This document shows, one piece after another, positions 27,584 through 37,951 of a stretch of DNA of 64,000 bases. A program made the position numbers and the translations under genes. The DNA is taken from positions 124,001-188,000 of the IMG/VR virus record IMGVR_UViG_3300020473_000013; one strand, written 5' to 3'. Position 1 is the first letter of the stretch, and every line of letters begins with the position of its first letter. A model generated the notes under the pieces. That model was not told where the DNA came from. It saw only the letters and a list, made by a program, of their open reading frames with translations, and searched no databases.

Positions 27584-28099
27584 ATGCAAATGAGCCTAAC
27601 CGATGCCATTGAGAGCATCGCTGGGACATCAGAATTGGCGGACGCCATCATCGCCCGGCGGTTTGGCGATATGGAGTCGTTGTCTGCGTCCCAGAGTACC
27701 ACCACGTTGACCGACGATCAGTACCAGGACATCATCGACGATATTCTGGCTAATCGGTTCGACACCAAGAACTCCGATGGCGCTCGCCAGCTTATGCTGG
27801 TTGTGTTGCGGTTGCTCGACGAGCTTTCTTCTGCGCAGGACCGCGATCAGGGTGAGGAGAAGGATCACGATACGGAGGTCGACGAGCGCAACATGGAGAA
27901 ACTCGCCCAGTTTCGCGAGGCTATCCAAGGCGCACGTATCGGGGACCTCCGCTGTTACTACACGGATTCCCTTTTCAAGGGCATGAAGCAGGAAACGCGG
28001 AGTTTGGTGGCACAGGCTCTTGTGGAGTACAGCCACTCGCTCGACAAGGAGCCAGATCGTCTCTGGGTCTCACTCATGCAAAACAATGGCATCATGTAG
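27584..28099 (+). CDS. hypothetical protein
   Basis: 171 aa; GAGG RBS; TGTAAA motif at 27551. Confidence 0.7.
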   Translation: MQMSLTDAIESIAGTSELADAIIARRFGDMESLSASQSTTTLTDDQYQDIIDDILANRFDTKNSDGARQLMLVVLRLLDELSSAQDRDQGEEKDHDTEVDERNMEKLAQFREAIQGARIGDLRCYYTDSLFKGMKQETRSLVAQALVEYSHSLDKEPDRLWVSLMQNNGIM

Positions 28100-28110
28100 G
28101 AGCCGAATCT

Positions 28111-31100
28111 ATGGGTACTCAATTTGAGGAAGACCTCAAAAAGGTCCATCAGACGTTGAACGAGGGAGAGGCCGGTGCTGGTCCTATCGCTCCTGCCGTC
28201 GCTACGTCCGAAGGCTTCAAGCCTTCCGTGTTCAGTTCTCTCGCTGCCGCCTCCGATGAAGATGGCGCTGGCGACTCCATTATTTCCTCGCAGCTCGTTC
28301 GTGTGAACCTTCCCAAGGAACGCATGTCAGCTTACGAGGACTTCTTCTTTCCGAAGCGCACGGCTCAGTTCCTGCCGCTGATCGACGAACTCGCTACCAT
28401 CTCAGCCCGCACCAGTGGGTTTTTCGCGCTTCTGCGGTTCTGCCTGGCTAATGCTCGTCGTCTGGCCGCTCTCGACAAGACGGAGCGTGCTGCTGCCGTC
28501 AATCGCGAGGCTGAGCGCATCCTGAAGAACGTCTCCAGCTCCGACAAGTCGGATAGCGTGGGTGAGTTCCTCGACATCATGAACGCGGGTAACAGCCACG
28601 TCATCGTTCCGTCGGATCGCTATGATAGCGGACTGGACATCCAGTTCATCGGCTCTCCTGCTGCTCCTTCCTCTGCCGTTTCCACCAAGGTTCCGACGCT
28701 CAGCCTCCCGTACGGTGAGTACAGCGTGATCGACCTGCTACCTCGCGGCAAGGCCAACGACTCTCGGTACGAGTACGAGTATCTGGAAGCCTACGCGACC
28801 GAGTTGTCGCAAGCGTGTGTCAAGGTCGGCGAGGAAGTCCTCAAGCTGATCCTTGGGGAACAGGCCACCTCCTATACCGACGCCGGCAAGCGTGTGGTTC
28901 GGACATTACCTCTGAACTTCGACTTCCAGCAGATCAACCACATGTTCTTCGACCACACGGGTATCATCCTGACTGTGGACTTCATGGAGAACATCAACTC
29001 CGACGTGGCCAAGCACTTCGGAGAGTTCCTGAGTGCGAACGTCATCCGTACGCCCAAGAACAACCTGATCCGCGAAGTCCAGAATCGCATGGATCGGAAT
29101 GCACGTGAGGCCGAGGACCCGGATAACCCTGCGCCAGTCGCTCCCGACTTCATCGAGAAGATCATGACTCGGGAAGGCATGGCGCTGAGCCAGGTGCTGT
29201 CGTTCTCCTTCACCATCAACCTGCCGTCCGACATCGCGCACTACATCACGCAGGCTGAGGAAGGTGAGCGTCCGTCCCTCCTGTCGCTTCACAACTGGGC
29301 TAGCATCTGGACCCGCCGTCACATGCGCCGCAAGGGTGCGCGTACTCAGGGCGGTCGCATCAAACGCTCCGAAATGCCCAAGTTCGTGCTGCCTCTGTCC
29401 AAGGCGCAGCGTGCGACCGAGGTGCGTACCGAGAACGGCTTCCACGTCGAACCTGGTAAGGGCGACGACCACAACGTCTTCATCGCTCCGTCTGGTGCGC
29501 TCCAGTTCGCTCCGCCTACCGAGGCTAAGGACGCGATCAAGGAGAACCTGGACAACTACGAGCGGGACATGGAGGAGTACCTGAACTTCTGCTTCGAGCA
29601 TGGGTTCCCGGTACAGAAAGGCGCTACTCTCCCGCGCGAGGTTGTGGTTGATCGTGCTGACCCTGCTCTTGCCAAGCAGTTCACCGAGCTGCACAACAAG
29701 GTCCACCGGTACAACGGCAAGCTCCTGTCCTACGACTGGGATTACAACAACATCATCACCGCGAACGCTCAGAACCCGACCTCGATCGTGGCTAACGACA
29801 TGGTCGGTGCGGCCACTGTGGACTCGCTCACCTTGGCTGATTATCTGGGCTTCAACTTCGCCGAGGAAGGTGAGCAGCCTATCCGTAAAGGCTTTGGCGA
29901 CTCTCTGGTGCTGCTGACCAACACCACGCTGGAGAAAGATGGCCGTGCCTCTGACGTGGTGGGCACTACCTCAGACCCGACCATATTCCTGAAGTCAGGC
30001 GGTATCGCTTCCGACCTCCTTAGCTTCTACGCCTACTGTTGGGCTCAGGAGCGTGTACCTGGTCTGCAAGACCTCGTCACCGAAGCGATGAAAGAACTCG
30101 GCCTCAGCGAGCTTGGGACCTTCGACGCTACCCAGCTCTCTGGCATGGTCAGCCCGGGTGGTAGTGTCGCCGAGTCTTACACCAACACCGTCACCGATAT
30201 TCAGCGGTTCATCACCAGTGCGCTCAACCAGACAATGCTGCACTGTGCTGGCGGTCCTATGTTCCGTCAGATGATCGCGGATGAGAACGAGGGTGCCAGC
30301 TACGGGGAAATCGAGGAGCAGATGCGCGAGCATCCGCACTACTTCAACCCTGTCAATAGTCCTGCGGCCGACTTCGGCAACCTCTACAACTACGTCGGCG
30401 GCATGGTCTTCAAGCTGGCAATGGAGCACCTAACCAAGGTCGAGCTGAAGGACCTGTTCAGCATCGAGCCTCCGGTTCAGGCCAACGCCTACAACACGCT
30501 GAGCAAGCCGAACTTCTCATCCGTGTCCAAGCGTATCATGCCTCTCGCGGTCCTGTTCAGCAAGTACGTGCCGAACGCCGAGCAGATTCTTCGCGAAGCC
30601 GATGAAATGATGGAGGCCAATCGGGCTGACGACTCACTGGACGAGAGCGACATTCGCGTATCCGGTGCTGTGGACGGCGCCCAGATGTTCCCGCACCAAG
30701 TGCGCGCACATCAGAGTCTCCGTAAGCGTCCCAAGTTCTCCATCCTCGACATCGCACCTGGCGGCGGTAAGACTACGCTCGGTGTTACCGACATTGGTTC
30801 GATGGTCACCGAACTCAATGAGATCGGCGGCAAGAACGTCAAGCCCATCATCCTGTGTCCGGACGGCCTGATTAAGAACTGGGTCGATGACATGAAAATC
30901 TTTACCGGGACCAAGTGGAACATGATCCCGGTGAACAAGCACGTCATCAATCGGTGGGGCTATGAGAAGCTGGAGGAACTGATCCGTGAGGCGCCGGTGA
31001 ATACCATCGTCGTTTGTGGATTCAACTTCCTGACCTCTCGGCGCGAGACTGTGGTGTTCGGCACCCATAGTTCTCGCGTGTCCAACAACCTTGAGTTCAT

Positions 31101-34100
31101 GAAGCGGTTTGCCTTCGATTATATCTGCATCGACGAATCGCACAAGCTCAAGAATAAGAACTCTCAACGCCACAAGACCATCAAGCAGCTCACCACTGCT
31201 TCCCACGTGCGGTTCATCCGCCTCGCCACTGGTACGCTCATCAGCAACCGTGTGGATGACATCGTGGGTCAAGCCAGCCTGTGCAACGGCCACATCTTCC
31301 GCGACGGTGAAGTGTCCAACGCCTCAGTCGCTGATTCTGTGGAGCGCCGCATCGAAATGAACGGCGATGAGGTTCCTGTCTGGGAAGTGGACAGCCCTCA
31401 GCGTGCTCGCCAGAAGCTCAGCCGTTACGCCTCGGTCATCACGATGAAGAAGAAGGAGTGGGCCTTCATGTTGCCTTCTCCTATCGAGACTTTCATCGCG
31501 GTGCCTATGGTCCCGTCCGATGACGGTAACGCTAGTCCCGAGGACATTCAGCTCGGCGAAATGCACAAGCAGCTCTACGATGCGGTGTTGCAGGAGTCAG
31601 TCGAGGAACTGGAGCAGCTTCTCAAGAAGGCCAAGTCTCGTCGCAGCGCGGGTGAGGATGACGAGGACGAAGGCGGCGAGGATGAAGGTGCCAGCGAAGG
31701 TAACATGGAGATGGAGGAGAACGAAGAACTCTCCATGCTCAATGCTGCTGAGCTCCGTCCTTATCTGGCTCGTATCGAGCGCCTCGTTACCAACCCGATG
31801 GCCGATCCTCTGGCTCCGGACATCTTCGGTGCTGCCGGTGTTCAGGACTACCACTCCACCAAGGCGCGCTACATCGCCAATCGGATCGACAAGCACTTCA
31901 ATCCTGAGAAGTGGAGTAAGGACAAGGTCTACAAGGAGTACACGCTCCTCGAACACAACGGCAAGCTGTACCTCAGCCGTAAGCTCGACAAGTCCACGTC
32001 TACTCCTGGCGACCTTCCCGAGACGACTCGCGGCAAGTCTCCTGAGGAGGATACGGAGACCTGGAAGGAAGAACCTGAAGGCAAGGTCATCGTCTTCTGC
32101 CGTTACACCAACAGCGTCAATGGTGTGTTCGCCGCGCTTCCCGAGCACTACAAGCGTATTGCCGTGAAGTTCACTGGCGAAGAAGACGACAAGTGGGGCA
32201 ATCTGGATTCGTTCCTGAACGATCCCAAGACCAAGATTCTGGTCGCCAACGAAATGGGTATCGCGGAAGGTCACAACATGCAGTTGGCCTCTCGCATCAT
32301 CCGTGTCGAAAGTCCGTGGGCGCCCGGCGATCTGGACCAGTCGTCCTCGCGTATCTTCCGTCCTGATCCAAGCGCTCAGAAGGACATGGTGAAGAACGGT
32401 AAGCCCGGCGAGCTGTCGCGTGAAGCGATCTTCCTCGATTGGATTCTCTGCGATTCTACGATGGAGGTTGCCAAACAGGCTCGACTCATCGCCAAAATCT
32501 TCAACAAGGCGCGGTTCGACGAGGCGGAGAACGAGACCTACAACGACGTCCTCAGCGAGTTTGAGCTGGACGAGATTCGGATGAGCCTCGACACTCTGCG
32601 TTCGCGTGCGTCACTGGAAGACTTTAGCGAGTACGTGGAAGCCTACGCTACCCTGAACGGGATTCAGCGTGAGGAGTTCCATGAAATGCGGGTCAACATG
32701 GATCACACCATGAAGGACCTGGAAGCGCAGCCTGAGGTTCCTGGGTCTGCGAAAATCCAGACTCCTTTCGTGTCGAACCAGAAGCCGGAAGACCCGGAAG
32801 GGCTACAGCTCGTCTCTCTGCGTAACATGCTCCGCAACGAGCAGCACCGTGAATTGGCGCAGGACCCGACGAAGCTGGAAGGCATGCCTGTCGTCACCGA
32901 CCTCGGTAAAGGCCGTATCGCTAAGGTGCGCGTGCGCTATCTCAAGCGTGCTGTCCTTGACGAGGAAGGACACCCGGTCAAGACTCGCGGTGGCTCCATT
33001 AAGAAGGAGGACGTGCTGGACGGTCAAGGACGTAAGGTCGTCGATCCTGACAACCCGATCGTCAGCTTCGTGGTGAAGCAGGCAGGCACTAACGAGATTC
33101 TTCCTTCGTTCAGTGACACAGGTGTGGTGTTCATGCCTACCAAGCTGGATGCCAAGACTGCGAAGCGCGACTTCCACGTTAACAACCTCCGTACCACCAA
33201 GACAGAGGAGCGAAAAGCCCAACGTCAGGCGGAGTCTGCCCGCGAGGCCGAACGTAAGCGTGAGCGCACTGCTGAGGAGGAACGTCGCAAGGAAGAGGAA
33301 CGTGAGCTGGTACGCGAGGAGCGTCGTCGTCGCAAGATGAAGAAGGAGGCGGAAGCTCGCAAGGAAGCCGCGAAGGACGGACGTAAGCGCCGCAAGAACC
33401 TGGAGGAAGGCCAGCCGGTCAACAAAGGGATCAAGCGCGTTAAGGACGTGCCTCCTATTAAGCGGGGCCGCATGGATGAGCAGGACGAGGACATGTCCAT
33501 CACCTTACATCCTGCGTACTTCCACGGGTACCTTACTCTTGAACTCAAGGGCGATGCTGCGGATGCCAAGCGCCTCAAGAAGTTCGGCTTTAAGCCTACA
33601 GGCCCGTACGCCTACGTGACGGCGGACCGGTACAGCCGCTTCGATAAGGTTCTTGATTACCTTGAGGATCACTTCCAGCTCTCCAACGCTAGTATAGGGC
33701 GTCTGGATGAGATTCAGGATGCGTTCGAGGAAGGACCCAAAGGCGTCTACCGCATGGAGCTCGCTCCGCAACGGTCACTGCCGTACTTCTTCGCAACTCG
33801 GAAGCGGCCCGTCCAAAAGCGTAACGAGATTCGCCCGTACCCAATCGTCATGCCTAATGAGCTGCAGGTAGCCGTCGATCTCAAGACGAACCCTGCAATT
33901 CGCAAGCATGTCGGGAAAGCGGTGCCGGGCGCAGCGACCAAGTGGCAGCAAAGCGATGGTCACCTCCTGTACTTCGCCTCCGCCAAGAAGGACCTGCGTG
34001 CTAAGGTGCGCGACCTCAAGAAGGCCGGGTTCACTATCGAGAACGAGGCAGAACTCAGTAAGGAGATAACCAGCATTCGTTTCCGCGCTTCTTCCAACAA

Positions 34101-34107
34101 GAAATAG
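28111..34107 (+). CDS. giant SNF2/SWI2-family helicase/translocase (1998 aa)
   Basis: FPHQ, DIAPGGGKT, IDESH, LATGT, EGHNMQ, W..GDLDQSSSRIFR. Confidence 0.88.
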   Translation: MGTQFEEDLKKVHQTLNEGEAGAGPIAPAVATSEGFKPSVFSSLAAASDEDGAGDSIISSQLVRVNLPKERMSAYEDFFFPKRTAQFLPLIDELATISARTSGFFALLRFCLANARRLAALDKTERAAAVNREAERILKNVSSSDKSDSVGEFLDIMNAGNSHVIVPSDRYDSGLDIQFIGSPAAPSSAVSTKVPTLSLPYGEYSVIDLLPRGKANDSRYEYEYLEAYATELSQACVKVGEEVLKLILGEQATSYTDAGKRVVRTLPLNFDFQQINHMFFDHTGIILTVDFMENINSDVAKHFGEFLSANVIRTPKNNLIREVQNRMDRNAREAEDPDNPAPVAPDFIEKIMTREGMALSQVLSFSFTINLPSDIAHYITQAEEGERPSLLSLHNWASIWTRRHMRRKGARTQGGRIKRSEMPKFVLPLSKAQRATEVRTENGFHVEPGKGDDHNVFIAPSGALQFAPPTEAKDAIKENLDNYERDMEEYLNFCFEHGFPVQKGATLPREVVVDRADPALAKQFTELHNKVHRYNGKLLSYDWDYNNIITANAQNPTSIVANDMVGAATVDSLTLADYLGFNFAEEGEQPIRKGFGDSLVLLTNTTLEKDGRASDVVGTTSDPTIFLKSGGIASDLLSFYAYCWAQERVPGLQDLVTEAMKELGLSELGTFDATQLSGMVSPGGSVAESYTNTVTDIQRFITSALNQTMLHCAGGPMFRQMIADENEGASYGEIEEQMREHPHYFNPVNSPAADFGNLYNYVGGMVFKLAMEHLTKVELKDLFSIEPPVQANAYNTLSKPNFSSVSKRIMPLAVLFSKYVPNAEQILREADEMMEANRADDSLDESDIRVSGAVDGAQMFPHQVRAHQSLRKRPKFSILDIAPGGGKTTLGVTDIGSMVTELNEIGGKNVKPIILCPDGLIKNWVDDMKIFTGTKWNMIPVNKHVINRWGYEKLEELIREAPVNTIVVCGFNFLTSRRETVVFGTHSSRVSNNLEFMKRFAFDYICIDESHKLKNKNSQRHKTIKQLTTASHVRFIRLATGTLISNRVDDIVGQASLCNGHIFRDGEVSNASVADSVERRIEMNGDEVPVWEVDSPQRARQKLSRYASVITMKKKEWAFMLPSPIETFIAVPMVPSDDGNASPEDIQLGEMHKQLYDAVLQESVEELEQLLKKAKSRRSAGEDDEDEGGEDEGASEGNMEMEENEELSMLNAAELRPYLARIERLVTNPMADPLAPDIFGAAGVQDYHSTKARYIANRIDKHFNPEKWSKDKVYKEYTLLEHNGKLYLSRKLDKSTSTPGDLPETTRGKSPEEDTETWKEEPEGKVIVFCRYTNSVNGVFAALPEHYKRIAVKFTGEEDDKWGNLDSFLNDPKTKILVANEMGIAEGHNMQLASRIIRVESPWAPGDLDQSSSRIFRPDPSAQKDMVKNGKPGELSREAIFLDWILCDSTMEVAKQARLIAKIFNKARFDEAENETYNDVLSEFELDEIRMSLDTLRSRASLEDFSEYVEAYATLNGIQREEFHEMRVNMDHTMKDLEAQPEVPGSAKIQTPFVSNQKPEDPEGLQLVSLRNMLRNEQHRELAQDPTKLEGMPVVTDLGKGRIAKVRVRYLKRAVLDEEGHPVKTRGGSIKKEDVLDGQGRKVVDPDNPIVSFVVKQAGTNEILPSFSDTGVVFMPTKLDAKTAKRDFHVNNLRTTKTEERKAQRQAESAREAERKRERTAEEERRKEEERELVREERRRRKMKKEAEARKEAAKDGRKRRKNLEEGQPVNKGIKRVKDVPPIKRGRMDEQDEDMSITLHPAYFHGYLTLELKGDAADAKRLKKFGFKPTGPYAYVTADRYSRFDKVLDYLEDHFQLSNASIGRLDEIQDAFEEGPKGVYRMELAPQRSLPYFFATRKRPVQKRNEIRPYPIVMPNELQVAVDLKTNPAIRKHVGKAVPGAATKWQQSDGHLLYFASAKKDLRAKVRDLKKAGFTIENEAELSKEITSIRFRASSNKK

Positions 34108-34119
34108 ATCGGCACTCAG

Positions 34120-34149
34120 GGGGGAGGGCAATCGCTCTCCCCCTTTTTT
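34120..34149 (+). terminator. intrinsic terminator
   Basis: GGGGGAGGGC-AATC-GCTCTCCCCC followed by T6. Confidence 0.85.
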
Positions 34150-34168
34150 GCAGTTCGGGAGACCAACC

Positions 34169-34780
34169 ATGGTTATTGTTGTAACAGGTCCCGCGTACAG
34201 CGGCCGCCTCACTATGGCTAACGCTATAGTGTCTCACGTAGACGGCGCCATATCGGTTCCAGTTGTGACCACACAACGGAATGAAGCCGATGAGCACCTT
34301 CCGTACACCACAGTTGATCGAGAAACGTTCGAGTCTATGCGGGATGAAGGCAGGTTGATCGCCATAACGACGTTCGGTGAGCACCTCTATGGATTCGACA
34401 AGGATGCGCTGGTTCCACGCGCAGGACAGATTCCTGTGGTGATCAGCGATGCTCGCTCCGCATACAAACTGGGCGAGTATCTTACCGCAGAAGGCGTGCA
34501 AGGTATTTGCGTCTATATGCACTGTTCCGTCCGCACAATGTTGTTCCGCAGAGCGACGTTGTGCCGCGTATATTCCGACGATGATCTGGCCGTCGTTCAC
34601 GATGTATACGGCGACCATTCCATCCAGTACAGTCGCCTCCACCGCTTGTCCGACTCAGGCAAAGGTTTCATCAAGGTCATCCCCGTGAACTCGGACACTA
34701 TGGCGAGCCGCAGTTATCCCGAGAAGTTTATCAAGCCTCTGATCGGCCAACTGCTCAATACGGCCCGGTTAGAAAGGTAA
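34169..34780 (+). CDS. guanylate-kinase-like protein with degenerate P-loop
   Basis: VVTGPAYSGRLT, TTQR..E....Y..VDRETF, FGEHLYG match the GK fold. Confidence 0.7.
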   Translation: MVIVVTGPAYSGRLTMANAIVSHVDGAISVPVVTTQRNEADEHLPYTTVDRETFESMRDEGRLIAITTFGEHLYGFDKDALVPRAGQIPVVISDARSAYKLGEYLTAEGVQGICVYMHCSVRTMLFRRATLCRVYSDDDLAVVHDVYGDHSIQYSRLHRLSDSGKGFIKVIPVNSDTMASRSYPEKFIKPLIGQLLNTARLER

Positions 34781-34807
34781 TTTATGTAGTCAACAAGGAG
34801 ATTCATT

Positions 34808-35308
34808 ATGCAGACTCGCAAGCCTCAACTGCAACGGCAGCAGGTCATCATGGCAAAGCTGGGCTTCTACCGCCACCGGTGTGACGGCATCTGGGGCCCG
34901 GAGTCAATCGCGGCCAAACGTAAGTGGGAGGCCGATCGCTCGTTCATCCCAGCGCTTCCTAACAACGGGCTTCCGTTCGGCGAGCGCGATCCATTCCCGA
35001 AAGGCATCTTCGTCAAGCGTCCTGAACGCCTGCTTACAATGGCGGACCTGACCTATGAGGAAGAGGAGAGATTTCTGCGCCGAGGTATGAAGACCTCAAA
35101 GGCGGATCAGGAGTCCGAATCTCCGCAGGAGCTTGATACTGTTCAGGACTCCGCCTCTGAGTCCGAGCCGGAACAGGAAGACACTAGCGAGCCTGCAAGT
35201 GAACAGCCCGAACCGAACAGCGTCCCTTCCTACTCTCCTGAGCCTCAGCAGGAAGAAGCGCCGCCCGTTCCTCAATTCACAGGCAAGAAGAAAAAGAAGC
35301 GGGGATAA
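34808..35308 (+). CDS. peptidoglycan-binding-domain protein
   Basis: Q..MAKLGFY....DGIWGPES..A PG_binding_1 signature; acidic disordered tail. Confidence 0.7.
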   Translation: MQTRKPQLQRQQVIMAKLGFYRHRCDGIWGPESIAAKRKWEADRSFIPALPNNGLPFGERDPFPKGIFVKRPERLLTMADLTYEEEERFLRRGMKTSKADQESESPQELDTVQDSASESEPEQEDTSEPASEQPEPNSVPSYSPEPQQEEAPPVPQFTGKKKKKRG

Positions 35309-35309
35309 C

Positions 35310-36083
35310 ATGCTCAATATCGAACTGTCCGCTTTTGCTGTACGCGCTAGTCGGTTCGAGGATGCCTACCTGTTCGCCCACTTCGAGAACGATGATGACT
35401 TCAAGAGTACGGAGTTCACGTCGGACTATCTCGGTTACTTCGGATTCGGAGCAGGTATGCCTCGCCGTGCGTCAACGACCGCACCTGATTGGGCTTATCA
35501 GCTCCAGTTCTTCGAGTTTCCAAGCCTGAACGGAGAGAAGGAGCACCTGAGCCACCTGCCTGACGACGAGCTTCAAGCTACGGTGTTGGCAAACCAGATT
35601 CGACGCATGTACGACTTGCTCGACTGGTACCGCAGACAGCACAACATCCTGATCGACATTGGGGACATTCGTGCGTTCGTCGACCTGCTCGGGGATTACA
35701 TGTCCCATGAGTTTTCCTACGACTTCCTTGACACCGTTATGGAAGGGTTCAACGGGCATGTCCGCAGCAATCGTCCCAAGTACGAACATCGTACCGGGGC
35801 GGTCGCTATGCACGTCTCTAAGGACGGTAATAGCCACTTGATGCTCGCTGGTCCAAAGGTGGACACGTCTTCCTTGCCTGAGCTGGGCGTGCGCCCCGTT
35901 GATCTAACGGGCGATTACTCCATCTTCAAGTGGGAACACGTCTCCCAACTCGGTTCCGTGCAGAACGTTATGAGCATCCTGAAGTCCATGCGTCCGCACA
36001 AGTTCACGACTAAGGATAGAGACGAGCAGGACAGGATGATTGACAACATTCATCACCAGCTCTCCCTCATCCGACATTTCTAA
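35310..36083 (+). CDS. hypothetical protein
   Basis: 257 aa from ATG 35310. Confidence 0.7.
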   Translation: MLNIELSAFAVRASRFEDAYLFAHFENDDDFKSTEFTSDYLGYFGFGAGMPRRASTTAPDWAYQLQFFEFPSLNGEKEHLSHLPDDELQATVLANQIRRMYDLLDWYRRQHNILIDIGDIRAFVDLLGDYMSHEFSYDFLDTVMEGFNGHVRSNRPKYEHRTGAVAMHVSKDGNSHLMLAGPKVDTSSLPELGVRPVDLTGDYSIFKWEHVSQLGSVQNVMSILKSMRPHKFTTKDRDEQDRMIDNIHHQLSLIRHF

Positions 36084-36095
36084 GAGGTATATCCA

Positions 36096-36464
36096 ATGTC
36101 CGTCAACATTCTCGGTGCTAAGCCGCCTTCAAACGGTGTTGGCACCCAAGCGATTCCGCAAGACTTCCGCGCTCCCATCCGCTACAAGGTGAAGCCGGAA
36201 GACGGCGTGGAACAGATCATCCTGCTTCCGCACAGCTTCCAGTGGTGTACCGTCAGCGTCGCACCTTCCGTAGGAAGTACCGCTACGCTGTACCGTACTG
36301 TCAGCTCTCCTGAGCGCATCCGTCAGGGGAAGGCTATCTGGCACAAGTGGGACCACGGCGAGATCAATGCTCCTGCCTACTACGACTGGGAGAACCCGTG
36401 GGTGGCGTTCAAGATCGAATGTAGCGGCCCTACTCTAGTAGAGATCGTGGCCAAATACGCATAG
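36096..36464 (+). CDS. hypothetical beta-rich protein
   Basis: 122 aa; GAGG RBS. Confidence 0.7.
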   Translation: MSVNILGAKPPSNGVGTQAIPQDFRAPIRYKVKPEDGVEQIILLPHSFQWCTVSVAPSVGSTATLYRTVSSPERIRQGKAIWHKWDHGEINAPAYYDWENPWVAFKIECSGPTLVEIVAKYA

Positions 36465-36476
36465 GAGAAAGCAGCA

Positions 36477-37550
36477 ATGACAGTACGTGTTTATGGAGAA
36501 GCCTTCTTCGCCTTGGCTTCCGCCAAAAAGAAGGACCCGACCAAGTACGCCTGGTACCAGATTACCCGCGGTAAGGTGAAGCTCGACAACCATCACAAGA
36601 CCTTCGAGGTGGAGCTGAGCAAGGGTGAGAAGTTCGGGTTGAAGCGTTACCGTAACGACTTCTTCCTTATCGACGAGGACGACCTCACCATTCAGTTCAA
36701 GCTGAGTGCCGAGGAAGCTAAGGAGGTGGTGCGTCGATCCAAAGGGTTCTCAGGCAAGATTGACGGCAAGGACGTGAATCCTGGCGTGTTCGAGTTCGAC
36801 GGTCAGCCTCCCAAAGGCCACAAGAAGCCTGGACCCAAGCCTAAGACCAAAACGCCGGCTGCTAAGACTCGCGGTAAGTCCCAGGCAGCCAAGGCGCGAA
36901 CTCAGGCCACCAAAGTGAACAAGCTCCTCCGCCAGTTCTCTGGTGAAGATAAGGAAGTGGTTCGCTCCGTCGTCGAGTCCCTGCGAGATAACGACTTAGA
37001 GTCCGCTGGTCACACCCTGAAGACCGCAGACACTGCCGTGCGGGAACCTGTGCTCGATGTCATCGACCGTGAGTATTGGCCTGCGCTCGGGTTCAAAGCC
37101 CCTGTCTCTAAGCCGTCATCTTCTCGCCGCAAGAAAGCTGCCCGGAAGCCGCAGACCAAGGCCAGCAAGCATCCTGGGCTGGAGATTCCGCAGGGCCAGA
37201 CAGCCAAGCAGGACAAGCAGGGCGAGAACCTGAAGCGTATCGCCGAGAAGGATATTACGCCTACGCTCAAAAAATTCGGCCTGAAGTTGGAGCGTGTTGC
37301 TGGTTCTCCTTCCGACTGGGTCGCTACAACTGCTGTCGATGCTAAGACTATCCGCACTATCAAGGACACGTTCCAGAATGCGGGGTGGAAGATCGACTAT
37401 CGGAAAGGAGGCAGTAAGACGCGCCGGCGAGGTGTTGGAGGCTCCTTCACGTACATGAACATCGCTCTAACAGGAGCCAATCGCCACATCACCATTCAAA
37501 CCACAGGCAAGAGCAAAGGCCGTCTCGTCATTCGCTCTGGGAAAAGCTAA
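36477..37550 (+). CDS. basic hypothetical protein; N-terminal domain shared with 59675..61069
   Basis: 357 aa; AGGAG RBS. Confidence 0.75.
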   Translation: MTVRVYGEAFFALASAKKKDPTKYAWYQITRGKVKLDNHHKTFEVELSKGEKFGLKRYRNDFFLIDEDDLTIQFKLSAEEAKEVVRRSKGFSGKIDGKDVNPGVFEFDGQPPKGHKKPGPKPKTKTPAAKTRGKSQAAKARTQATKVNKLLRQFSGEDKEVVRSVVESLRDNDLESAGHTLKTADTAVREPVLDVIDREYWPALGFKAPVSKPSSSRRKKAARKPQTKASKHPGLEIPQGQTAKQDKQGENLKRIAEKDITPTLKKFGLKLERVAGSPSDWVATTAVDAKTIRTIKDTFQNAGWKIDYRKGGSKTRRRGVGGSFTYMNIALTGANRHITIQTTGKSKGRLVIRSGKS

Positions 37551-37562
37551 CCGGAAGGGCCT

Positions 37563-37886
37563 ATGGTAACTAAACTGAAAGACTCCAACTTCTCGGAGGC
37601 GCTTGCTTCGGAGAAGCCTGTTCTCGTCCTGTTTAGTGCGCACTGGAGCGGTCACTCTGAACTAATGGAGAAGGTCGTCGAAGGTATCGCTGAACGGGAC
37701 GATTCTATCGACATCTATACGGCACCTGCCGTCGATTGTACGAGGACTATCGCCAAGTTTGGTATTCGTACCGTTCCCACGCTGGCTCTGTTCGATCAGT
37801 CAACGTTGGTTGGTATACGTATCGGCCCTCAGCTTTCGGAGAATGTCACCAAATTCATCCAATCCTCCTTAAAGAAGGAATCATGA
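37563..37886 (+). CDS. thioredoxin-fold protein lacking catalytic cysteines
   Basis: KPVLVLFSAHWSGHS (vs DFWAxWCGPC) and FGIRTVPTL cis-Pro loop; 107 aa. Confidence 0.8.
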   Translation: MVTKLKDSNFSEALASEKPVLVLFSAHWSGHSELMEKVVEGIAERDDSIDIYTAPAVDCTRTIAKFGIRTVPTLALFDQSTLVGIRIGPQLSENVTKFIQSSLKKES

Positions 37887-37951
37887 TGGGTACGTCTCGG
37901 GTGTTGCTACACGGTGTAAAGACATAGTGATACCTGAAGTACGAGGCCGCT

